DNA from: a virus
DNA: 64,000 nucleotides
Reading direction: 5' to 3' (one strand)
IMG/VR virus record: IMGVR_UViG_3300010396_000007
Span: 34,678-98,677 of that record
In this document: one piece after another, positions 11,209 through 21,094 of the stretch
Layout of the letters: each line of letters opens with the position of its first letter
Numbering within the stretch: the first letter of the stretch is position 1
Notes under the pieces: generated by a model
Told to the model about the DNA's origin: nothing
The model's input: the letters and a program-made list of their open reading frames with translations, nothing else
Database searches by the model: none
Made by a program: the position numbers and the translations under genes

Positions 11209-11534
11209 GCACCGATATCAAATGGACTAGGTGAGCTTAAAATCTGCTGTACATTCGGTCCCCATACGCGCTCTCCGTTTTTAGTATATGCGGATACAGT
11301 ATAAAAGGAACCGGATGGTGTTATTAAATCGTTGGGCCAAAATGAATGTGCAGGGGACGTTACAACATTACCATTAGAATCTAATGGAACCTTCACCACA
11401 AGCCCTGAGCAAATCAAAGTACTTGTATTCACAACTTCATCTTGATTTAGCTGAAGTAAAAGGTAACCATTAGCTAAAAGGTTACCTTCACTATCGGCAA
11501 AACTTCCTCCAACAATCTGATTAATTGTTGACAT
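11190..11534 (-). CDS. Virion structural protein (paralog of 17621..17902)
   Basis: Shared GYLL..LN.D...LD..GN...FWPN..I.PSG..Y. Confidence 0.6.
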   Translation of the reverse strand: MSTINQIVGGSFADSEGNLLANGYLLLQLNQDEVVNTSTLICSGLVVKVPLDSNGNVVTSPAHSFWPNDLITPSGSFYTVSAYTKNGERVWGPNVQQILSSPSPFDIGAWVPNA

Positions 11535-11913
11535 GTTGATACCTCTTCAAATAATTCTCTATGCCCCTAACCATATCAGGATCATCAAGTAGAAGTCCGA
11601 TAGCGAAATTGCACTGCTTACATAATAAACCACGCACTTCATTTGTAGCATGATCGTGGTCAATATATTCCGCTGGTCTTTTACATTGCTCATTCGCACA
11701 TTTTCCGCCCTGTAATTCATACATTTCTTTATATTATTCAGGGGTTAAACCGTATCGCCATTTGAGCATGTATTTTTGACGAGCCTCACGAGTAGCTTCA
11801 GGATGATCTTTCTTCCACTTAGCTGCTCGCTCGCTCCGTTTTCTTTTACGTTCCGGGTCTTGGTTACGCTTATGTTCGTATTCTTTACGTACTTCCGCAT
11901 CTTTGTGCGACAT
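11521..11913 (-). pseudogene. Endonuclease VII-family gene with in-frame TAA
   Basis: ATG 11913 is in frame with the DHDH..VRGLLC..CN domain; reads WRYGLTPE*YKEMYELQGG with TAA at 11734-11736. Confidence 0.75.
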
Positions 11914-12188
11914 TACGCCCCCGGTTTATTATCTTTATTCTTTAACCAATCAGCAGCTTTATTGGCCCCGTAAAGAGGACCACATGTGGTTACAATAAAA
12001 GTAGCCCCTGAATTAAGAAAGTTATTGAATTGTTCTACTGTGATGCGCTTTTGATAAGTAGCTATACCGAAAGAAATACCTACCCCCAAAATGAACGCAA
12101 CTAGCATTGTTATATGGATACGAGTTGAAGACCCGCTTCCATCAGGTTCGCTCCAAATAGAACGAACCCATGTCCAAAATTGATTCAT
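11913..12188 (-). CDS. Putative holin (two TM segments)
   Basis: GSSTR motif, two hydrophobic helices, charged C-terminus. Confidence 0.5.
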   Translation of the reverse strand: MNQFWTWVRSIWSEPDGSGSSTRIHITMLVAFILGVGISFGIATYQKRITVEQFNNFLNSGATFIVTTCGPLYGANKAADWLKNKDNKPGA

Positions 12189-12196
12189 AAAATCCT

Positions 12197-14221
12197 CTAT
12201 TGTACTACTTGTCCTGATAAACTAAGGACTCCAGAAAATGATGTTCCGGGTGTAACAGGCGATGTTGCCGGATAGCAGGTATTTGCATCAAAAGCGAGCA
12301 CCGTTGACGATCCATTCGTCAGTCCACCCAGGACATTCAGATAGCAGTTAGCCGCAGGGTTCAGCCACGCATGGCCTGCGGTGTTCGCAATGTTGCCGCC
12401 TGTGACTTCCGGGCCGATACCGGGATAGGGAGCCCCCGAGCCCGATGGAAACACCCACCATGGCGGCGTGCCGCTTCGGTAAAGCGATGGGTAGCTTGCA
12501 TACGACGTTGACGGGCTTGCGAGTCCGGGGTACGTCGAGGCGGTTGAGGCTGTTTGGCAGGCATGAATCCCCGCTGTGACCGCATCCCAGTTGCCGCAAA
12601 GCATGGAGGAATCAGACGGCCCAGCGTTCGCCACCACATCGTTAGGCACAGGGCCGGGAGGGCTGAGAGTTCCCCCGTAGCAGGTCGAAGAATACTCGCT
12701 TCCAATCTGGCCGGTATCTCCCAGAAGAAACACCATCCCATTGTTGCCGGTTCCGCAATCAGTAGTCGAAGCCATTGCATAACTGTAAGTCGAGGCATGG
12801 CCTCCGTACCCGAGAACATTCATCACGTAATTCAGGTACCGGGCATAGCCCATCGTGTTCGTGGAAAGAAGATTCTGCGTCTTTGCGGCTGTCGAGGTCG
12901 AAGGATCGAAGCCGGAGAGAGCGTTGCGGAAGATCGTGTTTGCAAACGCTGTGCCGTGGATCGAGTCTTCCGTGTGGCACGTTCCGATGTTGCCTTCCCA
13001 TAGGTTGTAGTAGTCGCCTGCATTGTGGTGGAACTGATCGCATTGCTGCCACGCCGGGTCGCCGTTGTCGTAAAAGTTATCGACGGCATAGTGATAGCCG
13101 AAGACGTTCCCGGCGCCGCCCTCCATGATTTCGCAGGTTGCGATTTTCTGGCAGATGTTGTTCTCTGCCAGCGAATCCGAGGATTGCCAGAAGTCCACCC
13201 CGTAAGCTTCTGACGATGGACTGGACCCATACTCGTAAGAATCTCTGACCGTGATGTGCGAGGAGGCTGCAACCCATACATGCTTGTGCATGGCGGTTGA
13301 AGTCGTCGTCGCGTTGACCATCGCAACATTTTTGATCCATGAGTTTGTGGCCCAAATGTACTGAATCATCGCCGCGTCGGACGTGCTTCCGGTGATTCCC
13401 TGTGTATCTACCGTCAAGTTCTCAAGGCCGAATCCGGTCAAGGGCAGCGACGAAGAAAAGGTCGCGAGAGGGTTTTTAGAGTTCGACCAGTTCGGCGCAT
13501 AGAGAGCCGGGGTAAAGGTGACGGTTGATCCCGAGATTCCCGTCACGGTCACAACCTGAATCTCCGATTGCCCCGGAAAGACGTTCCCGCCGTCACCCTG
13601 CTGCGAGTAGGTTGTGGACCCGTTGAAGAAGGCGTTCCCGGTGTCGGTTGAATCGTCAATTTGATTAAAGGAAATCAGCGAACCGACATGTAGATTCGAG
13701 ATTGAGCCCGAGCACACACTTGACCCCGAGCCGCAGATATTTGAGACAGGAGCCGAGCCTAAAACAACGGAAGTTGAGCCCTGTGCCATGCCGCTTGAAA
13801 CAGTCAGCACGTTGGCTGCGTAGCCAATGGCTCCAGAGTCGCCGTTGTAGAGACACATCGCCACAGGGCCAATGCCGAGGCAGTTGGTTGAGGTTCCAGT
13901 GAAAACCAGCTTGGTTGAGTTTGGCCCCGCACCTCTGAGCGTCACGTTCGATGCTGTCGAGACGAGCGAAGATGACCAGTTGTACGTCCCTGCCGCCAGA
14001 GAGACGGTTTGCCCTGCCGTGCAACTGGAAAGCGCCGACTGCACAGCAGCGGGTGTAGCGGTTGAAGTCAGCGATGCGCAGATCGTAGTACGCGCTGGGA
14101 TGGTTCCCGCGCCTGCGTTCGACCATCCAGCGGAGGGATAGCGATTCGTATTCAGCAGCCCAGAGGGAGACTGTGCCATCGCAGGGAGAGAGACGAGGAG
14201 CAGGATGAGAAGTTTCTTCAT
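12197..14221 (-). CDS. Signal-peptide-bearing right-handed beta-helix (pectate lyase/depolymerase-like) protein
   Basis: MKKLLILLLVSLPAMA-Q; VSLAAGTY...VTLRGAG; PbH1-like repeats; visibly GC-richer than flanks. Confidence 0.7.
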   Translation of the reverse strand: MKKLLILLLVSLPAMAQSPSGLLNTNRYPSAGWSNAGAGTIPARTTICASLTSTATPAAVQSALSSCTAGQTVSLAAGTYNWSSSLVSTASNVTLRGAGPNSTKLVFTGTSTNCLGIGPVAMCLYNGDSGAIGYAANVLTVSSGMAQGSTSVVLGSAPVSNICGSGSSVCSGSISNLHVGSLISFNQIDDSTDTGNAFFNGSTTYSQQGDGGNVFPGQSEIQVVTVTGISGSTVTFTPALYAPNWSNSKNPLATFSSSLPLTGFGLENLTVDTQGITGSTSDAAMIQYIWATNSWIKNVAMVNATTTSTAMHKHVWVAASSHITVRDSYEYGSSPSSEAYGVDFWQSSDSLAENNICQKIATCEIMEGGAGNVFGYHYAVDNFYDNGDPAWQQCDQFHHNAGDYYNLWEGNIGTCHTEDSIHGTAFANTIFRNALSGFDPSTSTAAKTQNLLSTNTMGYARYLNYVMNVLGYGGHASTYSYAMASTTDCGTGNNGMVFLLGDTGQIGSEYSSTCYGGTLSPPGPVPNDVVANAGPSDSSMLCGNWDAVTAGIHACQTASTASTYPGLASPSTSYASYPSLYRSGTPPWWVFPSGSGAPYPGIGPEVTGGNIANTAGHAWLNPAANCYLNVLGGLTNGSSTVLAFDANTCYPATSPVTPGTSFSGVLSLSGQVVQ

Positions 14222-14224
14222 AAA

Positions 14225-14539
14225 TTATTTACCAATTAAATGCCAGAGTCGTGCTCGCAGCGTTGGGATTGGAAGCGGGCGTAATGGTAGCGACCCGGCG
14301 CCCACCCAGTTCAAGCCCTTGTTGTCCACCACAGTAGAAGGCCATGTTACACTTCCTGAAGTTGAAGGAATGTGTAGCGTGTCACCGGGAGAGGCGGCAG
14401 TGATACAATCCGTTATGTCAGTTTGGGCGGCTGAGGCGGCTGTCCAATTGGGACTCGAACCTCCACATACCGCCATAGCTGATGCAGTACAGAGTAACAT
14501 CAACAGAAGAAGCTGAAGAGTTTTCATGCTTGGCTCCAT
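14225..14539 (-). pseudogene. Truncated signal-peptide beta-helix gene remnant
   Basis: N-terminus AASAAQTDITDCITAASPGDTLHIP...KGLNWVGAG is typical of beta-helix starts, then ends abruptly. Confidence 0.5.
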
Positions 14540-17500
14540 TAGTAATTAAATGCCATAATCACGTTTTGTCCTATTCCGCCAGAGTTTGTGTAGGGCCAAC
14601 TATTTCCCATTCCGCCAATAAATGTTCCAGCGGCTGGAACAGCATAGGATTCACACGCGTTAGTTGCAATTGATGGACCCACGCCTTGATCGCTCCAATC
14701 CAGATGTGCTAAATTCCCGGCAATCATGCCCGGAAATCTTCCCTGTTGATCCGCCCATCCGCCGCAGAACACGACGAATGTTCGCTGCGTGGTTGTAGTC
14801 GAAGCGGAAGTCATGTACGACGTTCCAGTTCCAATACCGTTAGTTGTTGGAGTTAAATTTGTAGTTGGACTGGCAAGTGAATATTCCACCACCGTCATAG
14901 ACATAAACGTGTCCGCTGAGTTAGGCGTACAAGTGAAAGTAGTTGAACCTGCCGATGTAGCTGCCCATGCGGAACCAGTTGACTGCGACCCTCCTGCTAT
15001 GCCGGTATTTTGATTCCAAGAAAGCGTAGGAGTGCTCGACACTGTAAATGTTCTAGTTGACCCACTACGGCAAAAGACAACAACAGTATGATTCGCTGCC
15101 AGCGTAATCGCAGGACTTGTAATTGATGCGCTAGAAGGTGTGGTCAAGCCGACATTTGTTCCCTGCACAAAGGCAGGTACAGTACTACCTCCTCCACCAG
15201 AACCTAACACAATATGACCACTCACATCAGTAGCCAAAGATGAAAGATTTGCGGCTACAGTGGCGCCATTAACTTCATTTGCGTTGACGATGCCTGTACC
15301 CGTAGGACCAAATGAGCCGCCAGTACCTATATTAAGAGCGTTAGTGTTAGTACCAGATGCGATAGCTGACCAAGCAGTTGAACCGCTTCCCGGACAACCT
15401 GTAGATTGAGTACAGATAAGAGAAAAAGCAGCCCCTGCATTAGACACTTCAGCATTACCCGAAGCATCAACAGCATAAACCGTTGTAGTAGCAGACCCAA
15501 CTACAGGAGCAAACCCTGTAGAATAAGTCATATTCATTTGCGTTGAACTTGTAGTGCATGTACTTACAAATGCACCAGAAGCATTTACTTCCCATCCACA
15601 TCCATTAGCATCAGCTTTGAATGGTATTTCCGTAGAGCCACTGGCAGTATAGACATGGAATAATACTCCCGTTCCGGTATTAGACGTAGTATCAGTCAGG
15701 CCAAATAAGTCACTTGAACCTGTGGCTGCGTTGTATGTAAACAGACTTGTATCTGCTCCCATTGCCAATGAAAGGTTGCCAGTTGGATTTGTTAGTGCAG
15801 ACCAAGCCGAGCTTCCACCAGTATTGCAGTCTGGACCAGTGTTTGTAATATTTCCGGCAGTGTCTATGTGTAAACATGAATGACCTGAGGCGGCTGCTAT
15901 TGCAGTTGCCCTGAGTCCAGCAGAAATCAAGTTGCCACTTGCATCTACATACATTGCACCTGTTACGCAAAACGGGGCGAATGAGGGGCAAATAGCATTC
16001 CCGTTAAACACGCGAAGAGTTGGTACATACATACCAACAGCGTGGATTTCGGCATTTATTGTTCCTAAATCTGGAGAACGAAAATCAAATATAGGATCAC
16101 TTAAAGACCCTGCCCATGTATAACCAGCTACACTCGATCCGGGAGGAGCAGCCCAAACCCAAGGTTGGTAATTGACAGGAGTTCCTGCGCCGTCATTTAT
16201 AGCGGCTGCATTAGCATCAGCGACCCTTCTTTGAGAACCCGTTTGTTGTGGTTGGTTGGAAGGATCAGTTCCGTCCATTGTTGGTGTGGATGTATCCACT
16301 ATAATGTCCCAATATTGACCGCTGGCAGCGTTAGCTACGGTCTTGTACATACCGAATAACGCCTGTCGATTGTAGTTCCAAAGCTGCCAAGCTGTAGCAC
16401 ACCCTATAGTTTGGTTGAACCCTTGTTGCGACACTCCAGCGCCGACAACTACTATGTAACCATCAGCGTGAGCTTGCGCGAACAAACTTTTGTATGCCGC
16501 CTGAACTGTAGCTGTGGCAGTACAAAGCTGGTCGTCGTTTCCGTGGTCATTAATAATCAGGTAAGCGGGACGGCCTCCATTTGCCGCAGGACTGAGCGCG
16601 TGGTAGTTCACGGTATAGTTACTGGCAGCGCCGGGTATTGTTACCGGATTTGGAATAGCTGTATACGTTCTACTTACGGCCCCAGAAGGAAATGTTGCAC
16701 GGTTTGTTGTCATAAATGGTGCGTAGCCCATTGCTGACTCAGCATAACCGCAACTTGAAGAACAAGGACTTTCTGTAAGAGTTCCAATATCTATTTGAAA
16801 TGTAGTACCGCTAAGACCTGTGGATAATACCTTGAAAATGTTGTAACCAGTTCCAAAAAATACTCCGGTGGGAGCGCCAAAAGACCATCCCGTAAGGAAG
16901 CGCGTATTTATCCAGTCTCCCGCTGAGAAGTTGTTAGTTCCGCTGTTGACGAATGAAACAACAGTACCAGTTTGAGTCCAACTGTTAACTGCTACATGTG
17001 GTGCTAGCACTCCTAAATCATCATCGTTTATTGATGTTCCAGTGAATACGAAAATAGCATTAGAAGGTATAGTACCTCCTCCTGTAGATGCAGCTTGTAA
17101 ATTAATTAATCCCGGAGACGGTGTAATTATCACAGAACCATCTGTTGACTGTAAATTAATGGACCCGTTTAGGCCATTTAGAAGCGTAACGCCAGCAACG
17201 CCAGTTCCAATATCAGAAAACATAGTTCTTACGTCTAGGATACTTGTAATATTTCCACCACTAGCTACAACTACTGCGATTGGAAATTGACCAGAAGTAA
17301 AATTAGAAGTGCTAGATGCTAAGGCACCTGTGGTAGAATTAAGGTAAACATAGTTAGTCCCATTTACCATTGTTATTGTTTGCGCACCGTCTGTTCTATA
17401 AGTGGAACCAAAGAATGACGTACCTGCGCTCACATTCAGGGTAAGACCAGTTGATGCGGCAGTAGGCCAATAACCCGGTGCCACGCCGTTTACCAATTTT

Positions 17501-17613
17501 GCATTTGTGGCATAAATAGGCTGTGTTGGGGGTAAATCATTAGCTTGTGGTTGCTGAGAATAAACTAACGATGCCACGGCAAGCGTCAATGATGCAATGA
17601 TCTTTTTAAACAT
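14539..17613 (-). CDS. Large fibre-like protein with SGNH-hydrolase-like domain and N-terminal signal peptide
   Basis: FVFTGTSI, LIINDHGND blocks; GVTLLNGLNGSINL fibre repeat; Ser/Thr/Gly-rich. Confidence 0.6.
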   Translation of the reverse strand: MFKKIIASLTLAVASLVYSQQPQANDLPPTQPIYATNAKLVNGVAPGYWPTAASTGLTLNVSAGTSFFGSTYRTDGAQTITMVNGTNYVYLNSTTGALASSTSNFTSGQFPIAVVVASGGNITSILDVRTMFSDIGTGVAGVTLLNGLNGSINLQSTDGSVIITPSPGLINLQAASTGGGTIPSNAIFVFTGTSINDDDLGVLAPHVAVNSWTQTGTVVSFVNSGTNNFSAGDWINTRFLTGWSFGAPTGVFFGTGYNIFKVLSTGLSGTTFQIDIGTLTESPCSSSCGYAESAMGYAPFMTTNRATFPSGAVSRTYTAIPNPVTIPGAASNYTVNYHALSPAANGGRPAYLIINDHGNDDQLCTATATVQAAYKSLFAQAHADGYIVVVGAGVSQQGFNQTIGCATAWQLWNYNRQALFGMYKTVANAASGQYWDIIVDTSTPTMDGTDPSNQPQQTGSQRRVADANAAAINDGAGTPVNYQPWVWAAPPGSSVAGYTWAGSLSDPIFDFRSPDLGTINAEIHAVGMYVPTLRVFNGNAICPSFAPFCVTGAMYVDASGNLISAGLRATAIAAASGHSCLHIDTAGNITNTGPDCNTGGSSAWSALTNPTGNLSLAMGADTSLFTYNAATGSSDLFGLTDTTSNTGTGVLFHVYTASGSTEIPFKADANGCGWEVNASGAFVSTCTTSSTQMNMTYSTGFAPVVGSATTTVYAVDASGNAEVSNAGAAFSLICTQSTGCPGSGSTAWSAIASGTNTNALNIGTGGSFGPTGTGIVNANEVNGATVAANLSSLATDVSGHIVLGSGGGGSTVPAFVQGTNVGLTTPSSASITSPAITLAANHTVVVFCRSGSTRTFTVSSTPTLSWNQNTGIAGGSQSTGSAWAATSAGSTTFTCTPNSADTFMSMTVVEYSLASPTTNLTPTTNGIGTGTSYMTSASTTTTQRTFVVFCGGWADQQGRFPGMIAGNLAHLDWSDQGVGPSIATNACESYAVPAAGTFIGGMGNSWPYTNSGGIGQNVIMAFNY

Positions 17614-17620
17614 GTGTCTC

Positions 17621-17902
17621 CTAAACTGTGACCTTGCTAGGTCCTGAAATTAATTGCCCATTAGCGCCATAAACTGACTGTATATAATAAGTACCCGATG
17701 GGGATATACTTGAATTGGGCCAAAATGTCGGACTACCTGTTATATTTCCACTTGCATCAAGAAGAATTTTCGTAGTCTGTGAGGATATTTGCGTATCGTT
17801 TACGGAACCATCTGTATTCAATTTAAACAGAAGGTAGCCACTGATAACAGGGCTACCATCGGGGTTCTGAAAATTCGTAACTGTTAGTGGAATTCTAGGC
17901 AT
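17621..17902 (-). CDS. Virion structural protein (paralog of 11190..11534)
   Basis: Direct alignment by eye with the 114-aa ORF. Confidence 0.6.
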   Translation of the reverse strand: MPRIPLTVTNFQNPDGSPVISGYLLFKLNTDGSVNDTQISSQTTKILLDASGNITGSPTFWPNSSISPSGTYYIQSVYGANGQLISGPSKVTV

Positions 17903-18825
17903 TAGAGTGCTATTCTCCCCTGTCGTCCTTGGGCAATGTTATCTGTCATAACAGTTGACGCCCCTGTAATCTGCTGCCAATTGTTGAGCATAATATTGAC
18001 TTCTGTTTCCGTCAAACCTTCGCTTGTGCTCAAAAGATTAGCAATGAATTTTTGGTTTGCAAACTGAAAACGAGTATCATCTGCGAACATATACATTAAG
18101 GCTAGAAATCCCCAATTATACAAACGAGAATATTCATCCGGTATTGGTGCCCATGTATCTTGTAAACTAGCAATGACAGGAGGCTTCTGTTGTATCGTAA
18201 TGGACACTGGATACGCCTTGTCAGGGGCAGGCATCAAACGAAATGTGGTATTACCGTTGCCGTCGTCAAATTCTGCTGAAATACTGTGAGGACGTGCTTG
18301 AGCGGAATCCAAAGCTAAGTCAATTTTAGGGCTAATTTGTACCCATGCAAAATTACATGTATTTTGGTTTACATCTCGTACAGATGCATTTTCAATCCAA
18401 CCGAAGTTGTAAGTTGTATTAAAATGAGAAACACCAATGGACCCCATATTTGTCCATACGGCTGTGCCGTCTGCTGTTGTTCCTCCTACAGTCTGGTTGA
18501 ATGTGGGCAGAGAGCTACCAGTTGTACCGGCTGTAGTTACTTGTTGTGAAAAACCATTACTATCTACAAGAACATATCCTACTCTAACCGCTGTGTTAGC
18601 AGTCCAATTAAAAATTGTATAGTCTTGCACGCCTGCTTGTGTAACAAAACCAATGACGGCGCGGTTCCATCTCCATTTGAAAGGAGCGCCAAGGATGGTC
18701 TGTAAGATAATATTCGCACTGGTAATGGCAGGTTCTAAATAATTTCCGATAGCCACGGGGCGCTGAAATATAAAACGCTTAACCCACTCAGTAGACTGTA
18801 ATAATGTATAGGAAGAACTCGCCAT
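17902..18825 (-). CDS. Head-tail adaptor protein
   Basis: WRWNR, RLMPAPDKAY, PIPDEY motifs typical of phage adaptors. Confidence 0.65.
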   Translation of the reverse strand: MASSSYTLLQSTEWVKRFIFQRPVAIGNYLEPAITSANIILQTILGAPFKWRWNRAVIGFVTQAGVQDYTIFNWTANTAVRVGYVLVDSNGFSQQVTTAGTTGSSLPTFNQTVGGTTADGTAVWTNMGSIGVSHFNTTYNFGWIENASVRDVNQNTCNFAWVQISPKIDLALDSAQARPHSISAEFDDGNGNTTFRLMPAPDKAYPVSITIQQKPPVIASLQDTWAPIPDEYSRLYNWGFLALMYMFADDTRFQFANQKFIANLLSTSEGLTETEVNIMLNNWQQITGASTVMTDNIAQGRQGRIAL

Positions 18826-18837
18826 TTGGCTCCTTAA

Positions 18838-18880
18838 TAAAAAAGACGGCAGGCGGCTAAAATGCCAAAGCCTGCCGTTA
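18838..18880 (-). terminator. Rho-independent terminator
   Basis: gacggcaggc/gcctgccgtt stem with A-tract on + (U-tract on -). Confidence 0.55.
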
Positions 18881-18885
18881 GGTGT

Positions 18886-20240
18886 TTACCAACCTGTCCA
18901 TGGACCCCATGGTTGTGCCGGAGTTACAGGGTTGTAACCAAACCCAGTGTCCATTACCATTCCTCCGGGACCCACGTAGAAACCAAAATCATCTGGTTCT
19001 CTATCGTATTGACGCACCGCTTTATCGAGAGATTCCAACCACCACATTTTCTCTTGCTGATATTTCGCGCGTACTTTTGGGTCTGGATTTCGTCTGAAGC
19101 ATTCTGCAAAAAAGCCCTGTTTAAAAGCCCATTCCATTGCATCAGGGATAGGGTTCAAATATTGTTGTAAATTATAAAAACGCGGTGCTACCATCTGTCC
19201 AACAGCTTGAACTGCCCATACGACGCCGGATTGCGGCGGTACTGGGCTAAGTCTCATGCCTTGTCCTTTAGGATTAATTGCTGTCCATACACATGTTCCA
19301 TCAACCACCGTAGTAGGTAGGATATTTGGATTACGAAGTGTAGGAAATGTTGGATTAGACGGCCACACAGGTTCGGTACTACCACAAACGCCGTATGTCG
19401 TCAAGCACCACAAGTTTCCGTAAGGGTCCGTTATCGCTGTAGTAGCGTTATACGGAGTAACCAACGTTCCCACTGGGTTCGTAAAGATTACACCCGGTCC
19501 CGGATTCTGCAATCCTGTAAGGTCCGGTCCTGCTACCGTTGTCTGCCCCGAAGGGAAGCCAGCAGTAGGGCCTAGAGGCGCTGCACCCCACGTCCCAGTC
19601 TGAAGCATACTATTTGGCAACCATGCGATCTTAGCCATGTATGTGCCCGCCTGATACGTTAGTAAAAGGTCTTTGTCTACTTCTAGAGGGAAGTTCTGTT
19701 TAGGAACAGATGTTTGATTGATATTTACTGCCCATGCCGATTCTAGCCAACCAAGGTTAACCAAACCGGGGATGAAATAATCTTGCTGCAAACTATTAGT
19801 GTAGAACACAGGTAGATTATAACGATTCCATTTCCAGTTGTAGGGCTGCCCTCCGGGTCCTCCGTTAATCAATGCCTGCATTACGTCATTGGCGATTGAT
19901 AAGGCGGGTGCCATAGAGAATCCGCCCGTAGCCAGCGCGGGGGCAACATCCCCTAACGTTGCCGCATCGTCTACAACTTCCTGCAAACGAATAGTTGAAT
20001 TACCATACACCACACACTGAGGAGTCACACTCGCAAAGATAATTGCAAAGCCTGTTATTCCCGCGTCCGACGCTACTAAATAAAGGTTACTTGCATCATA
20101 TTTAAGTGGAGTTTGGAACCAAACGGCACCGCCTGACGTAAATTCAAAGATAACAGAACCGGGCGTAACTCCAAGATTATGTGGTAGAGTAAACGGTCCC
20201 GGTGCCGAAGTTGTGAACGCTACTTGTGTTTGAGATGCCA
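18886..20240 (-). CDS. Second head-tail adaptor paralog with N-terminal extra domain
   Basis: WKWNR, QQDYFI, RLSPVP, PIPD shared with 17902..18825; likely start ATG 20240. Confidence 0.6.
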
Positions 20241-20252
20241 TTTTTTTTCCTC

Positions 20253-20474
20253 TTAACAACCGCAGTCTGCGAATATGATAACAACCCCGGTAATACCGGC
20301 GTCTGAAGCTACTAGGTAAAGATTTGTTGAATCATAGCGCTGTGGCTGAAACCACACTGTACCGCCATCAGTGAATTCAAAAATAACAGTAGAGGGAACT
20401 ATACCTAGATTGTGAGCTAGAGTAAAGTTCCCCGGTGCTGATGTATTGAATGGGATAGTAGCGTTTGCTTGCAT
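20253..20474 (-). CDS. Small structural protein, duplicate of the N-terminal domain of the downstream adaptor
   Basis: TSAPG.FTL.HNLG..P..VIFEFT.GG.VWFQ...YD..NLYLVASDAGITG near-identical in both. Confidence 0.7.
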   Translation of the reverse strand: MQANATIPFNTSAPGNFTLAHNLGIVPSTVIFEFTDGGTVWFQPQRYDSTNLYLVASDAGITGVVIIFADCGC

Positions 20475-20482
20475 TTTTCCTC

Positions 20483-21082
20483 TTATCGAAGTGTCGTAGC
20501 TTTAGTCACTTCGCGGTAGTATTGTCCGTTGTCGGAGAAGCGGAAAGTTACAGACCCAGAGGGCACATTACGTGTCTGGAAATTAACTGCCGTCTCGTAT
20601 TCTACAACTGCCTTCAGGAACAATGCCTCACTCTCGTAATCTTCCTTAACGGGTGGTTTCCAAGTCTTACCGCAACGCAGACAACGTACCCACATATCGC
20701 CGTTAGCGAACGTGTGCTTCAATACAGCGTACTGAGAGTCGTCTCCCTGTCCTGCAACCACGCCTTGTGCTCCGTTTCCACCTTTACGATGATTGCAACG
20801 TTTCTGAGCAGCAGTATCATTCTGTGCAAGCTGCTTCAATGTTTGACCATTGGTAAGGCTGCGCTGTCTCTTATTCTCACGCTTTAATTCGCGCTCTGCT
20901 AGACGTTCCTCTACGTCCTGTAGGTTAGCGGTACGTTCTTTTAGCTCAAGTTGCTTTGCAGCAAGCTCTGCTTTCTTAATTTCAATATCAAGTAGCTCAC
21001 CCTCTGTGAGTACTTTCTTTTTTTCGGGAGCAGGACTTCCGTTCTGCTTCGGCTCTCCTGCAATGTCATTTAAATTACTCAT
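20483..21082 (-). CDS. Coiled-coil protein with putative Zn-binding C-terminus
   Basis: Heptad region then CNH...RCLRCGK. Confidence 0.6.
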   Translation of the reverse strand: MSNLNDIAGEPKQNGSPAPEKKKVLTEGELLDIEIKKAELAAKQLELKERTANLQDVEERLAERELKRENKRQRSLTNGQTLKQLAQNDTAAQKRCNHRKGGNGAQGVVAGQGDDSQYAVLKHTFANGDMWVRCLRCGKTWKPPVKEDYESEALFLKAVVEYETAVNFQTRNVPSGSVTFRFSDNGQYYREVTKATTLR

Positions 21083-21094
21083 AGTCTCCTCTAA

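Noticed and set aside
11734-11736. Stop-codon reassignment (alternative genetic code)
   Set aside because: Single case; long genes are intact in code 11, TAA is the commonest terminator, and the TAG/TAA/TGA-anticodon tRNAs are ordinary Leu/Ser tRNAs, not suppressors
12348-14141. Many overlapping alternative-frame ORFs inside the beta-helix gene
   Set aside because: Expected by-product of high GC; no RBS or recognisable motifs
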